Shown piece by piece: positions 24,714 through 34,123 of a DNA stretch of 64,000 nucleotides. The notes beneath the pieces were generated by a model that saw nothing but the letters and a program-made list of their open reading frames with translations, was not told the DNA's origin and searched no databases. Position numbers and translations under genes: made by a program. The stretch spans positions 1 to 64,000 of the IMG/VR virus record IMGVR_UViG_3300020469_003050. The stretch is one strand, 5' to 3'. Within the stretch, counting starts at the first letter, position 1. The number at the start of each line of letters is the position of its first letter. Origin of the DNA: a virus.

Positions 24714-27700
24714 ATGGCTGACATTAAAAACTTTGGTATCCGTGGTATTGGTGCTGATGTTCAGTTCGGTAAGTCGGGCGGTCGTGTTGTTTATGATTCA
24801 GGTAATTCCCTGTTCAAAGTAACAACTGACGGTACTACACTTGGCAACATGAACGTAGCAACTCCTACAGCGGACAACCATGCGGCAAACAAAAGCTATG
24901 TTGATTCAGTAGCACAAGGTCTTGATGTAAAAGACTCAGTGCGTGTTGCTTCAACTGGTACTGTCAATATCGGCACTCCAGCATCGTCAATGGACGGTGT
25001 TAACTTGAATGCTGGTGACAGAATCCTTCTAAAGGATCAAACAACTCAAACCGAAAACGGTATCTACGAATATGATTCAGGTGGTCTTACAAGAGCATCC
25101 GACATGGACGCGGCTGGCGAATTCGTCGGTGCATTCTTCTTTGTTGAAGAAGGTACTGTAAACTCAGACCAAGGTTACGTAATGACTACTGATGGACCAA
25201 TTACAGTTGGATCATCAAACATTGTGTTTACTAAATTTACTGGTACAGGTCAAATCACTGCTGGTGACGCCTTATCAAAATCAGGTAATACTCTAAACGT
25301 AAACGTTGATGGTACTTACATTATGGTTGATGGTTCAGACGAACTAACAATCAAAGGTACAACAACAACTGGTCAAGCACTATTATCAGATGGTTCAGGC
25401 GGCGTGGCTTATGGCGCAGTTAACCTAACATCATCAGATGCAGTGTCAGGTGCTCTAGGCTTAGCCAACGGTGGCTTAGGTGTAGATGCATCACAAACAT
25501 CAGGTAAAGGTACTGCAAGAACAAACTTGGGTCTTGGAACAATTTCAACTCAAGATGCTAACGCAGTAGCAATCACTGGTGGTACTGTAGACCTATCAGG
25601 TGGAACTTTAACTCTAGCAAACGACCAATTATCAGGTGATGTTATCTCTGGTGGTACAATCGACGGTGCTAACCTACAAGGTGGTGCTGGTGTATCTATC
25701 TCTCAGTATGACATAACTGTTGGTGCTGGTAAAACACTAGACGTTGACGGTACACTAGACGTAGACGGTGCGGCTGGTTCTGCAATAGACAACGTAATCA
25801 TCGGTGCAACTACATCGGCGGCAGGTACATTCTCAACAATGACAACTGATGCGGCTGATATTAACGGTGGTAACATTGATGCAACAGTTATTGGTGCTAC
25901 AACGGCGGCTAATGCCACTTTTGCAGATGCTAACGTAACTGGTAAATTATATGTTGACGAAATCGAAGCATACACTACTAATGGCGACATTACTTTCAAC
26001 TCACTAATCGTTACAACTCAAGGTATTAACGTTGCTGGTGCAGGCATCTCAGGTGCAGGTTCTACAACAACTGATACTCTAGTAGTTGATACAATCAGTG
26101 AAAAAACTGTAGGTAACGGCGTAGTAATTGATGGTGTAACGCTAAAAGATGCCGGTGTTGCGGCAACGGGTGTTTCTACATTCGCTGACTTAACAGCAAC
26201 AACAGCCGATATCAATGCTGGTACAGTAGACAACACTGTAATAGGTGCTTCTACATCAGCGGCTGGTACGTTCTCAACTATGACTACAGCAGGTGCGGCA
26301 ATTTCAGGCGGCACAATCGCAGGTACGGCAATCGATATGACTGGTCAAACTTTGACTTTTGATAACGATGCTATTTCAGGCGACAAAATCGATGGCGGAA
26401 CAATTTCTGACTTCGCTTCAACAGGTATCGATGATAACGCAACTTCAACACAGATAACAGTTACAGATACTGCCGTAACAATGGCAGGGGACGCAATCGT
26501 TACAGGTGACTTGACAGTTAACGGTACATTGACATCTATCAACACAACTAATACTGAAATCACTGACAACTCAATCGTTTTAAACAACGGTGAAACAGCG
26601 GCAGGCGTAACAGCCGGTACAGCTGGTCTTGAGATTGACAGAGGTACAGCCGACAATGCGACATTCCAGTGGAATGAAACAGATGATAGATTTGAACTAA
26701 AAGTAGGCACTGCATTAGGTGACTTATTAATTGGTTCACAGGTCATGGACGCTATCTCAGTTGATACAATCAACGAGAAGACAAATGGCGCTGGCATCAC
26801 TTTCGCAGACGCAGTATCAGGATCAGATGCAACATTCTCTGGTTCAGTTTCAGTAGACACTATTAGTGAAAACTCCGTAGGTAACGGTGTTGCAATCGAT
26901 GGTGCATCTATTAAAGACGGTGTTCTAACTGGTGGCGTAACTCTAGGCGCGGCAGACACAGCAGATTTATCAGCTGGTACGCTAGTTCTAGCAAACGACC
27001 AAATCTCAGGTGACAAAATTGAAGGTGGTACAATTAATGCTATCACAATCAACACAATGACATCTGGTACAGTAGATATCGACGGCGGTGCAATCGACGG
27101 AACAACAATCGGTGGTGGTACATCAGCGGCTGGTACGTTCTCAACATTAACTTCTGACTCAGTTGACTTAAATGGTGGTGCTATTGACGGCGCAACAATT
27201 GGTGCAAACGCATCAGCGGCGGCAACTTTCACAACTATGGCAACAGACAGTGCAGATATCAACGGTGGCGCTATTGATGGTACAATTATCGGTGGTACAA
27301 CTCCAGCGGCAGTAACAGCTTCAACGCTAAATTCTGCTAACGCACAAATCACAGGTGGTGCAATTTCAGGTGCAAACTTGACTTCATCAGTTGTTGATTT
27401 CGATGGTGGTGCTATTGATGGGACAATTATCGGTGCGGCTACTTCGGCGGCTGGTACTTTCTCTACGCTAACATCAAATAACGTAACACTAACAGGTGGT
27501 ACAGCTTCATTGGCTACAGTAACAGCAACAGCCCTAAACTCAGGCAATGCTACAATTACTGGTGGTTCAATCGCAGGTACAGATGTTGACATGAGCGGTC
27601 AAACTCTAACATTAGATGCTGACTCAATCAATGGTGACAAAGTACATGGCGGTTCAATCTCAGCGGCTAACTTAGCTGGTACAACAGGTAATACTATCGG

Positions 27701-29495
27701 TGGTTTTGACATCACAGTTGGCGCAGGCAAAACATTAGACGTATCTTCAGGTACTCTAACTCTTGCGGCAGACCAAATCTCTGGTGACTCAATCGACGGT
27801 GGAACTATCTCTGACTTTGCTTCAACAGGTATTGATGATAATGCTACAGCAACTAAAATCACATTAGATGATACAGATGCTACATTCGGTGTTAACATTG
27901 ATGCAGGTACAAACACTCTTGATGCTGGTGCTTCAACTCTAGCTTCATTGACAGTTTCAGGCAATGCAGTTGTAAACGGTGACTTAACAGTTTCAGGTTC
28001 AGTAACTACTACTCTATCAGAAACAGTAAACATCGAAGACAACACTATTGTTCTAAACTCAAATGAAACTGGTGCTCCATCACAAGACGGTGGTATCGAA
28101 GTAAATCGTGGTACTTCTGACAACGCAACTGTTCTTTGGAACGAAACAACAGATGCTTTCGAAATGAAAGTAGGAACTGCGGCGGCTGATTTAACAGTCA
28201 ACGACTTAACAGTTTCAGAAATCACACTAACTAACGAACTTCCATTAGATATGGGTGGTACGCATACTGATACATCAGGTTTTGCGGCAGACTCATTAAT
28301 GGTTATGAGTGGTTCAGCAGGTGTATCTGAAATGGCTAAAGGCTCTAACTCAACAGTACTTAAAGTAAATGGTTCTGGTGCGTTAGGTTATGCTCAAGTT
28401 GATTTAACAGCAGACGTAACAGGAACTATGCCAATCGCTAACGGTGGTACAGGCTTAACTTCTGCAAGTTCAGACAACATGGTTATGACTTCTGACGGTT
28501 CTGCTTTTGCAATGGAATATGTGCAACAAGTAAGAAACTCATCAGGTGTTAAAGTTGTTGATGCGGCTAACGCCTCATCTGGAACTGCTGAATTCCTAGA
28601 CTTAACTAACGCGGCAGGCAAGTTAACACTTACAGCCAAAAACGCATCAGGTTCAGGCTCAGTAGATATGTATCTACAAGGTCAGAACGGTGGTGACGTT
28701 TACATCGTAGGTCAATCAGGTGAAGCCCTAATTCAGGGTGAGGCTGATGCTGACTTAACTGTATCAGGTGGTGATTCATCAGCTGGTGCGGCAGGTGACT
28801 TGGTACTTAAAGGTGGTAACGGTTCTGCTTCTGGTGATTCAGGCGCAGTTGTTATCAAAGGCGGTAACGGCGGCTCTGCTGACGGTAACGTTCAAATTAC
28901 AAGTGCAGATGACGAGGCTATCGCTACATTTACTGCTACAGCAAGTGCAGTTGATAACTTTGAATTCCACAATGGTACTGGCGGTGTAGAACTTCATTCA
29001 GAAGGTACTACAGCGGACATTAACATTACACTAGCACCAAAAGGTGACGGTCTTGTATTAGCTCCAAGTTCATACGACATGTCAGGTGGCGGAAACAAAG
29101 CATTCGCAACCAAAGACTATGTTGATGGTGCGGCGGCTGGTTCCGTTGACTTTGGTGTACGTAGAGTGGCATTCGCGGCGAACGGTTCTTCATCGTTTGC
29201 TATCGGTACTGTAGCTAACGTTTCAGGCAAAGCATACTACGTTTCTAGAATCACTGCTAAAGTGACTACAGCATTCGTAGGCGCAGATGAGTTAACTGTC
29301 TCAGACGGTACAAACTCACTAGTAGGTGTTAATGATGTGGATCTATCAGAAGGTGGTATCTACGTTATAGACCTAGGGTATGAAACAGCAACGGCAGGTG
29401 GTGCAACACTGACAGCTTCTATCGGTAACGGTGGATCTGCGGCGTCTCCATCAACTGGTAATGTTGTGGTAACAGCGGAGTACAAACAAATCTAA
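24714..29495 (+). CDS. giant fibre-like structural protein with periodic repeats
   Basis: 1593 aa. RBS AAGGAGA. N-terminus MADIKNFGIRGIG...DNHAANKSYVDS. It has 30-aa tandem repeats and a duplicated module of about 130 aa. A strong terminator follows. Confidence 0.8.
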   Translation: MADIKNFGIRGIGADVQFGKSGGRVVYDSGNSLFKVTTDGTTLGNMNVATPTADNHAANKSYVDSVAQGLDVKDSVRVASTGTVNIGTPASSMDGVNLNAGDRILLKDQTTQTENGIYEYDSGGLTRASDMDAAGEFVGAFFFVEEGTVNSDQGYVMTTDGPITVGSSNIVFTKFTGTGQITAGDALSKSGNTLNVNVDGTYIMVDGSDELTIKGTTTTGQALLSDGSGGVAYGAVNLTSSDAVSGALGLANGGLGVDASQTSGKGTARTNLGLGTISTQDANAVAITGGTVDLSGGTLTLANDQLSGDVISGGTIDGANLQGGAGVSISQYDITVGAGKTLDVDGTLDVDGAAGSAIDNVIIGATTSAAGTFSTMTTDAADINGGNIDATVIGATTAANATFADANVTGKLYVDEIEAYTTNGDITFNSLIVTTQGINVAGAGISGAGSTTTDTLVVDTISEKTVGNGVVIDGVTLKDAGVAATGVSTFADLTATTADINAGTVDNTVIGASTSAAGTFSTMTTAGAAISGGTIAGTAIDMTGQTLTFDNDAISGDKIDGGTISDFASTGIDDNATSTQITVTDTAVTMAGDAIVTGDLTVNGTLTSINTTNTEITDNSIVLNNGETAAGVTAGTAGLEIDRGTADNATFQWNETDDRFELKVGTALGDLLIGSQVMDAISVDTINEKTNGAGITFADAVSGSDATFSGSVSVDTISENSVGNGVAIDGASIKDGVLTGGVTLGAADTADLSAGTLVLANDQISGDKIEGGTINAITINTMTSGTVDIDGGAIDGTTIGGGTSAAGTFSTLTSDSVDLNGGAIDGATIGANASAAATFTTMATDSADINGGAIDGTIIGGTTPAAVTASTLNSANAQITGGAISGANLTSSVVDFDGGAIDGTIIGAATSAAGTFSTLTSNNVTLTGGTASLATVTATALNSGNATITGGSIAGTDVDMSGQTLTLDADSINGDKVHGGSISAANLAGTTGNTIGGFDITVGAGKTLDVSSGTLTLAADQISGDSIDGGTISDFASTGIDDNATATKITLDDTDATFGVNIDAGTNTLDAGASTLASLTVSGNAVVNGDLTVSGSVTTTLSETVNIEDNTIVLNSNETGAPSQDGGIEVNRGTSDNATVLWNETTDAFEMKVGTAAADLTVNDLTVSEITLTNELPLDMGGTHTDTSGFAADSLMVMSGSAGVSEMAKGSNSTVLKVNGSGALGYAQVDLTADVTGTMPIANGGTGLTSASSDNMVMTSDGSAFAMEYVQQVRNSSGVKVVDAANASSGTAEFLDLTNAAGKLTLTAKNASGSGSVDMYLQGQNGGDVYIVGQSGEALIQGEADADLTVSGGDSSAGAAGDLVLKGGNGSASGDSGAVVIKGGNGGSADGNVQITSADDEAIATFTATASAVDNFEFHNGTGGVELHSEGTTADINITLAPKGDGLVLAPSSYDMSGGGNKAFATKDYVDGAAAGSVDFGVRRVAFAANGSSSFAIGTVANVSGKAYYVSRITAKVTTAFVGADELTVSDGTNSLVGVNDVDLSEGGIYVIDLGYETATAGGATLTASIGNGGSAASPSTGNVVVTAEYKQI
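26346..26726 (+). repeat. duplicated fibre module, copy 1 (127 aa)
   Basis: QTLTFDNDAISGDKIDGGTISDFASTGIDDNATSTQITV...VTGDLTVNGTLTSINTTNTEITDNSIVLNNGE...GLEIDRGTADNATFQWNETDDRFELKVGTALGDL. Confidence 0.85.
27075..27485 (+). repeat. tandem 90-nt (30-aa) coding repeats
   Basis: DIDGGAIDGTTIGGGTSAAGTFSTLTSDSV / DLNGGAIDGATIGANASAAATFTTMATDSA / DINGGAIDGTIIGGTTPAAVTASTLNSANA / partial unit / DFDGGAIDGTIIGAATSAAGTFSTLTSNNV. Looser copies lie near 25.8 and 26.2 kb. Confidence 0.85.
27750..28193 (+). repeat. duplicated fibre module, copy 2 (148 aa, with an insertion)
   Basis: GTLTLAADQISGDSIDGGTISDFASTGIDDNATATKITL...VNGDLTVSGSVTTTLSETVNIEDNTIVLNSNE...GIEVNRGTSDNATVLWNETTDAFEMKVGTAAADL. Confidence 0.85.
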
Positions 29496-29525
29496 TTTGT
29501 TTAATACTTAATACACTTATAGAGG

Positions 29526-29552
29526 GAGCCGAGAAATCGGCTCTCTTTTTTT
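29526..29552 (+). terminator. rho-independent terminator after the 1593-aa gene
   Basis: GAGCCGA-gaaa-TCGGCTC stem followed by TCTTTTTTT. Confidence 0.8.
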
Positions 29553-29647
29553 ACCTCTACAGCATATTTTGATAAATAGATAAGTAACAATATAACTTAA
29601 CGACAGTGAGAAATCGCTGACTTTAAAAACAGAACGTTGAGGGAAAA

Positions 29648-30445
29648 ATGGCAGTAGTATTAAACGCAAAAGGTACCAGTGTACCTTACTTTAAGATAGG
29701 TAAAACAGGCATCACGCTCTTTCAGGGCGGTAACGATCCTCACGCTACTTTAGGATATCCAGTCGCAGAACATGATATCTGGATAGACACTAACGATAAA
29801 ACAGTAAAATTCAGAACAGGATCAGCTACCTGGGATCCAATAGCAGACAATTTAGACGATTTAACAGACGTAGATTTAACAGGTCTAGCTGATGGTAATT
29901 TTCTAAGATATAATTCATCAACATCAAATTGGGAAGTACACGAAGTAGCTGGCGGTCTTGCTAGTGATTGGGGAAGTATTGCACAAAATCCAATAACATT
30001 TGATGGATATACTGGTGATATTTGGACAGTTAATACAACATCTAATACAGCGGCCTTCAATGGTAACGTTTCTATGACTGGTGATTTATCAGTAACAGGT
30101 GATGCAACTATATCTGGTAATCTTACATTCGGTAATGCAGATACAGATACAGTGGCACTATCGGCAGAAATTATTTCAAACATTATTCCCGATGCTGATG
30201 CAACTTATGATTTAGGTTCAAGTACTAAAACTTGGAATGATGTTTATGCATCAGGTACAGTTGGTTCGTCGGCTACAGGCGCTTTGCAATTTCCAGTAGG
30301 AACAACCGCAGAAAGGCCTGGATCAGCAACATCAGGTATGGTTAGATTTAATTCAACTACTAGTAGATTTGAAGGCTATAACGGTAGTAATTGGATTAAT
30401 ATTGATATACCAGATGATTGGGGCTCAGTAGCGGATACTCCGTAA
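29648..30445 (+). CDS. short fibre-like structural protein
   Basis: 265 aa. It shares motifs with the 1485-aa gene: DDLTDVDLTGLADGNFLRYNSSTSNWE and ATYDLGSSTKTWNDVYAS. Confidence 0.7.
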   Translation: MAVVLNAKGTSVPYFKIGKTGITLFQGGNDPHATLGYPVAEHDIWIDTNDKTVKFRTGSATWDPIADNLDDLTDVDLTGLADGNFLRYNSSTSNWEVHEVAGGLASDWGSIAQNPITFDGYTGDIWTVNTTSNTAAFNGNVSMTGDLSVTGDATISGNLTFGNADTDTVALSAEIISNIIPDADATYDLGSSTKTWNDVYASGTVGSSATGALQFPVGTTAERPGSATSGMVRFNSTTSRFEGYNGSNWINIDIPDDWGSVADTP

Positions 30446-31041
30446 TGATTTATCCAGTAGTCTTTTGGCCTGGTTCTTATGGGAGTGTAGTTTGTCACTT
30501 TATAAATCTACACAAAAATTTCTATCAATTACCTCACGCCTTTACACCAACAGAATTCGGAATTGCAAGACAATTAGATGGTCCTTTTCATATAGGTAAA
30601 GACGGTAGTTTTTTAATTAATAAGAAAAGTAGAAGACCTTTAAATTCATATGTTAAAAGCATTATTGATACTTACGATATTGCAGTTAAAACTACCACTC
30701 CCCATGAAGTACTTGAACTAGATGATTTTTCAAATGTTAAACCTATAGTTGTTATTCCAAATTTAGCAAATCTGCAATGGCGTATAGAAGATAAAAACGA
30801 ACATCTTCATGCACCACTATCTATGCCGACAAGACATGAATATAAACAATGGTTAAAAGATATAGAAAGTTATGAACACTTTAAATTAAATATCGATGAT
30901 TTTTGGTCTTGGGCGGAGATGCGAGATGCTAAAAATTTAGATAAATCTTACTTAAAACTATGTGAATATATAGATAGCGAACCCAGACCCACAGTAGGTC
31001 TTGATATCTCAAGAATAGAGTGGTTCGTTGTCGGTGAATAG
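30445..31041 (+). CDS. hypothetical protein
   Basis: ORF track gives 30418..31041. I prefer ATG 30445 (MIYPVVFWPG), which forms a TAATG overlap with the upstream stop. Confidence 0.6.
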   Translation: MIYPVVFWPGSYGSVVCHFINLHKNFYQLPHAFTPTEFGIARQLDGPFHIGKDGSFLINKKSRRPLNSYVKSIIDTYDIAVKTTTPHEVLELDDFSNVKPIVVIPNLANLQWRIEDKNEHLHAPLSMPTRHEYKQWLKDIESYEHFKLNIDDFWSWAEMRDAKNLDKSYLKLCEYIDSEPRPTVGLDISRIEWFVVGE

Positions 31042-31291
31042 TAAAGATATATTTGAAATACTACAAGAGTGGTATAAAGAACGTAAACGTCATAAAGACA
31101 AATCCTTTAAACAATGGCTTAAACATGTAGGCGGTCTATGGGTGTCCAAAGAAGAATGGGCTAAATTAGGTCGTTGGGAAACATGGAAACAACCAGCAAA
31201 AGATACCGGAAAAGGCATCGGAAAGATGTTTTTAACTAAATTACTCACAGTAATAATCATTATAATTATCGCTACACTGTTCAATCTCTAA
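31028..31291 (+). CDS. small tail-anchored membrane protein
   Basis: 87 aa with a TTG start. Basic, Trp-rich N-part and a C-terminal TM (LLTVIIIIIIATLF). Confidence 0.45.
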   Translation: MSVNSKDIFEILQEWYKERKRHKDKSFKQWLKHVGGLWVSKEEWAKLGRWETWKQPAKDTGKGIGKMFLTKLLTVIIIIIIATLFNL

Positions 31292-31359
31292 CATTTCGCC
31301 TTCCTCAAATGATAAATACATATGATGAGAGTATTAACAACAAGGCGAGGAACATTATA

Positions 31360-31686
31360 ATGAATATAGAAAGAGTAATATGGCATGCGCCAGAGTATTT
31401 TAGCAGATGGAGATTGTTTCCTAGAGCATTTATTTCAATGTACATTTATCTTTTGTACGATGTTACGCAATGGTTTATGGCACTACCAGACCCAAATACT
31501 CAACAAGCAGGTCTTGTATCTGTAATCGTAGGTGCTGGAGCGGCATGGTTCGGTTTATACGTTAATTCAAGTTCAAGTAAATTTGAACAAGTTGAAGTAC
31601 GTAGTGGATCAACGACAGTAAAAGCATCAGATAGCAGAGATACAGTAAAAGAAAAAGCAGAGGCAAAAGGCCCTAAGGAATACTAG
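31360..31686 (+). CDS. two-TM small membrane protein, holin-like topology
   Basis: ORF track gives 31309..31686. ATG 31360 has GAGGA upstream. Two hydrophobic segments (FISMYIYLLYDVTQWFMAL; LVSVIVGAGAAWFGLYV) and a charged C-tail. No endolysin is recognisable nearby. Confidence 0.4.
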   Translation: MNIERVIWHAPEYFSRWRLFPRAFISMYIYLLYDVTQWFMALPDPNTQQAGLVSVIVGAGAAWFGLYVNSSSSKFEQVEVRSGSTTVKASDSRDTVKEKAEAKGPKEY

Positions 31687-31695
31687 GAAAAGATA

Positions 31696-32151
31696 ATGGC
31701 AAACTTTAAACATCACATAAGATTAATGATGAAAGAAGAATGGAACAAACACGATATTAAAGGTGTTATTACTGTTCTTAAGAAAGCTATTGCCAATATA
31801 TTTGAGCCAAGAGAAGATGGTACCGCAGTAGTCTATCATATGATGGACGATTTTCATGTATACGATTTTCGTATGAATAGAGCGGTAACAGAAGCCGAAG
31901 CAGAAGTGGTGCTAAAATTATTACAAAACTGGACTGATAAAGATTTTACTATGGAAATTACTACTAGTGAAAAATTTGACATTCCAGAGGGTGAGACCGA
32001 AATAGATTTATCTTCAATACGACACAATAGATGGGTTTCTAGTCGTGTTGCTGAAGGATGGAGATATGGTCTACGATTTGACGAAGAGGAAAAAACCGAT
32101 CCCAGATTACGACCGTATCATGAATTAACGGAAAAGCTGAAAAGTCTATGA
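31696..32151 (+). CDS. RyR-domain protein
   Basis: 151 aa. The C-terminal IRHNRWVSSRVAEGWRYGLRFDEEEKTDPRLRPYHELTEKLK matches the RyR-repeat signature (hE.W...r...GW.yG......k..P.l.py.eL.e). Confidence 0.65.
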   Translation: MANFKHHIRLMMKEEWNKHDIKGVITVLKKAIANIFEPREDGTAVVYHMMDDFHVYDFRMNRAVTEAEAEVVLKLLQNWTDKDFTMEITTSEKFDIPEGETEIDLSSIRHNRWVSSRVAEGWRYGLRFDEEEKTDPRLRPYHELTEKLKSL

Positions 32152-32160
32152 TTTTTCGAC

Positions 32161-32189
32161 TTGACTTTAGTTGAAAAATGATATATTAT
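32161..32189 (+). promoter_or_regulatory. sigma70-type promoter in front of the Fe-S cluster gene block
   Basis: TTGACT (32161-32166), 17 nt, TATTAT (32184-32189). A TGa-TATATT alternative lies 2 nt upstream. Confidence 0.55.
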
Positions 32190-32208
32190 TAGAGTATAGG
32201 TATATAAA

Positions 32209-32748
32209 ATGTCTGGAATAAAACGAATATATGGTCTTGAAGAAAAGAACTACTACAAGTTCTTTGGTATTGATGAAAAGCAAGGGATAAGTGTACGTAG
32301 TCTTACGACACATTATAAGAAGATTCTAACAATCCTTAAGAAGGATACATCATTTACAGGACAAGACAGATTAGCATTTGCCAACAGGGCTTTCGAAACC
32401 TTGGCAGATCCTATTGCCCGTGCAAGATATTTACTTGAATTAAAAGGTCATGAAAATGATTTCAGAGACGGTGTTAGACCTGATGATATGGTTTTCATTA
32501 ATCAACTAAAACATCAACTTGAGGAACAAACTACAAGCGAAGATGTTATCTCTTTTATTGAAGAATTAAAAGACCAAACTCAGTTTATTAAAGACCAAAT
32601 AGAACAAAGCATTGATACATATCAGAATTACAAAACTGCTAGTGGATTATTGAATAGATTTTACGAAATATCAGAAATTCACCAAGAAGCAAAATCGAAA
32701 CAAGAAAAGATTGAGGAGGGGATAACCTATGTTGTATTTAACAGATAA
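32209..32748 (+). CDS. hscB: HscB-like Fe-S co-chaperone with degenerate HPD motif
   Basis: 179 aa, collinear with HscB: NYYKFFGI..., ETLADPIARARYLLELKG (compare QTLRHPLMRAEYLLSLHG), then a helical C-domain. The HPD position reads KKD. Confidence 0.65.
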   Translation: MSGIKRIYGLEEKNYYKFFGIDEKQGISVRSLTTHYKKILTILKKDTSFTGQDRLAFANRAFETLADPIARARYLLELKGHENDFRDGVRPDDMVFINQLKHQLEEQTTSEDVISFIEELKDQTQFIKDQIEQSIDTYQNYKTASGLLNRFYEISEIHQEAKSKQEKIEEGITYVVFNR

Positions 32749-33058
32749 TTCCACAACAAGAATTAAAAAATGGTTATCTCAGAACCCAGGTAAAAAAGCA
32801 AGATTAAGTATAAAAACAGCCGGGTGTACTGGTTTCATGTATGAAGTTCTACTTGACGAAAAATTCAATATAGAAGATGACTTTGCTATTAAATACGATG
32901 ACTTTGACATTCTCGTAGAACATAAATATTTTCACACTATTGACGGAGCAACATTGGATTATGTTACTGATACTAAGAGTATGAGTTCGCATTTTGAACT
33001 TGTAAGTAATCCAAATGAAAAAGCACGTTGTGGATGTGGAGAGAGTTTTACGGTATGA
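32729..33058 (+). CDS. iscA: IscA/HesB-family Fe-S carrier
   Basis: 109 aa. The three conserved Cys are present: GCTGFMY and C-terminal CGCGESFTV. Confidence 0.85.
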   Translation: MLYLTDNSTTRIKKWLSQNPGKKARLSIKTAGCTGFMYEVLLDEKFNIEDDFAIKYDDFDILVEHKYFHTIDGATLDYVTDTKSMSSHFELVSNPNEKARCGCGESFTV

Positions 33059-33777
33059 ATGAGAGATTAAACATAGAAAAACACGCAATAAATCAAGCAC
33101 GTAGATGCCAAAGGAACTGGGACCTTTCTAAAGAAGTAGATGAAGAACACATAAATCATTGGATTTATCTAGCAACTACGGCACCATCAAAACAAGATGA
33201 AAGTTTTTTTGATTTATATGTAGTTACTGATAGAACAAAATTAGATTATCTCTACAAGGAACATTCATGGGGATTTACAATGTTGCCTGGTATGAAAGAT
33301 TGGGTCGGAAGAAACCCACAAATGGGAGCAAACTGTTTGTTTGTTTTCAATAGAAAGATGAATGAAGAAGAAATTCGTAATAACGAAAAAGATGGAAGTG
33401 TAAGAGATCCAAATGCTTCAAGTAGATGGGACAATGCATTTACATCGATTGGTATAGCAAGTGGCATAGTAGCCTTTAGTGCAAGTATGATGGGTTATGT
33501 TACTGGTTATGGTAAGAATTTTGGTTACATTGAAGAACCAAAACACAGTCAAGATGTATGGGGTGAAGTTCTCGGCATTAAGAAAGAAGATAACAACTTG
33601 ACATATAGTTTGGGAATTGGTTACCCAGATGAAAGCCTTCAATGGTATCAAAGTAAAGATAATAACGAATATCTAACAGGAGGGCCTGTTAACTATTCAA
33701 TCCAGTCTACTGATACTGATTTAAAATATTCAACATATTCTAAATTAGCCAGAGACATAAAGGTGTGGCGAGTATGA
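33055..33777 (+). CDS. nitroreductase-family flavoprotein (tentative)
   Basis: ORF track gives 33028..33777. ATG 33055 forms an ATGA overlap. The N-terminal RRCQRNWDLSKEVDEEHINHWIYLATTAPSKQDESFFDLYVVTD fits the nitroreductase signature (R.S.R.f......l..i...a..APS..n.q......v). Confidence 0.55.
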   Translation: MNERLNIEKHAINQARRCQRNWDLSKEVDEEHINHWIYLATTAPSKQDESFFDLYVVTDRTKLDYLYKEHSWGFTMLPGMKDWVGRNPQMGANCLFVFNRKMNEEEIRNNEKDGSVRDPNASSRWDNAFTSIGIASGIVAFSASMMGYVTGYGKNFGYIEEPKHSQDVWGEVLGIKKEDNNLTYSLGIGYPDESLQWYQSKDNNEYLTGGPVNYSIQSTDTDLKYSTYSKLARDIKVWRV

Positions 33778-34097
33778 TTTTTACAGAAAAAGCGGCTACG
33801 AGAGTAGAAGAAATTATAAAAGAACAGGGTGAATCTTCTGGTACGGCATTAAGAGTGTTCGTAGAAGGAGGAGGTTGCCATGGGTTCAGTTACGGTTTTG
33901 GTTTTGAAAAAGACCTTAAAGATGATGATAGTATCTATGAAACTAATGGCGTGAAGTTAGTAGTAGATAGTATGTCAATCATGTATCTAGCAGATGCAAA
34001 AGTAGATTATATCTCTAGCCTACAAGGCGACAGATTTGTAATCGATAACCCAGGAGCACAAACTACATGTGGATGTGGTTCTAGCTTCTCAGTATAA
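33774..34097 (+). CDS. IscA/ErpA-type A-type Fe-S carrier
   Basis: MIFTEKAATRVEEII..., LRVFVEGGGCHGFSYGF, C-terminal CGCGSSFSV. ATG 33774 forms an ATGA overlap (track start 33765 is GTG). Confidence 0.9.
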   Translation: MIFTEKAATRVEEIIKEQGESSGTALRVFVEGGGCHGFSYGFGFEKDLKDDDSIYETNGVKLVVDSMSIMYLADAKVDYISSLQGDRFVIDNPGAQTTCGCGSSFSV

Positions 34098-34123
34098 TCA
34101 ACCAGAGGACGAAAGAAAAAATA

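Noticed and set aside
27075-27485. Regular 90-nt repeats considered as a CRISPR-like or satellite array
   Set aside because: The repeats are in frame, contiguous without unique spacers, and encode a conserved 30-aa protein unit inside a long ORF. No cas genes or leader are present. No CRISPR array is present anywhere in the window.
25703-28639. Series of long minus-strand ORFs (98, 98, 415, 208, 81 aa) inside the 1593-aa fibre gene
   Set aside because: They are antisense artefacts of the strongly periodic GGT/GCx/ACx codon usage, and their translations are V/P/A/S-rich low-complexity strings. The same applies to 18052..18474, 22192..22374, 22986..23192 and 29740..30183 in the other fibre genes.
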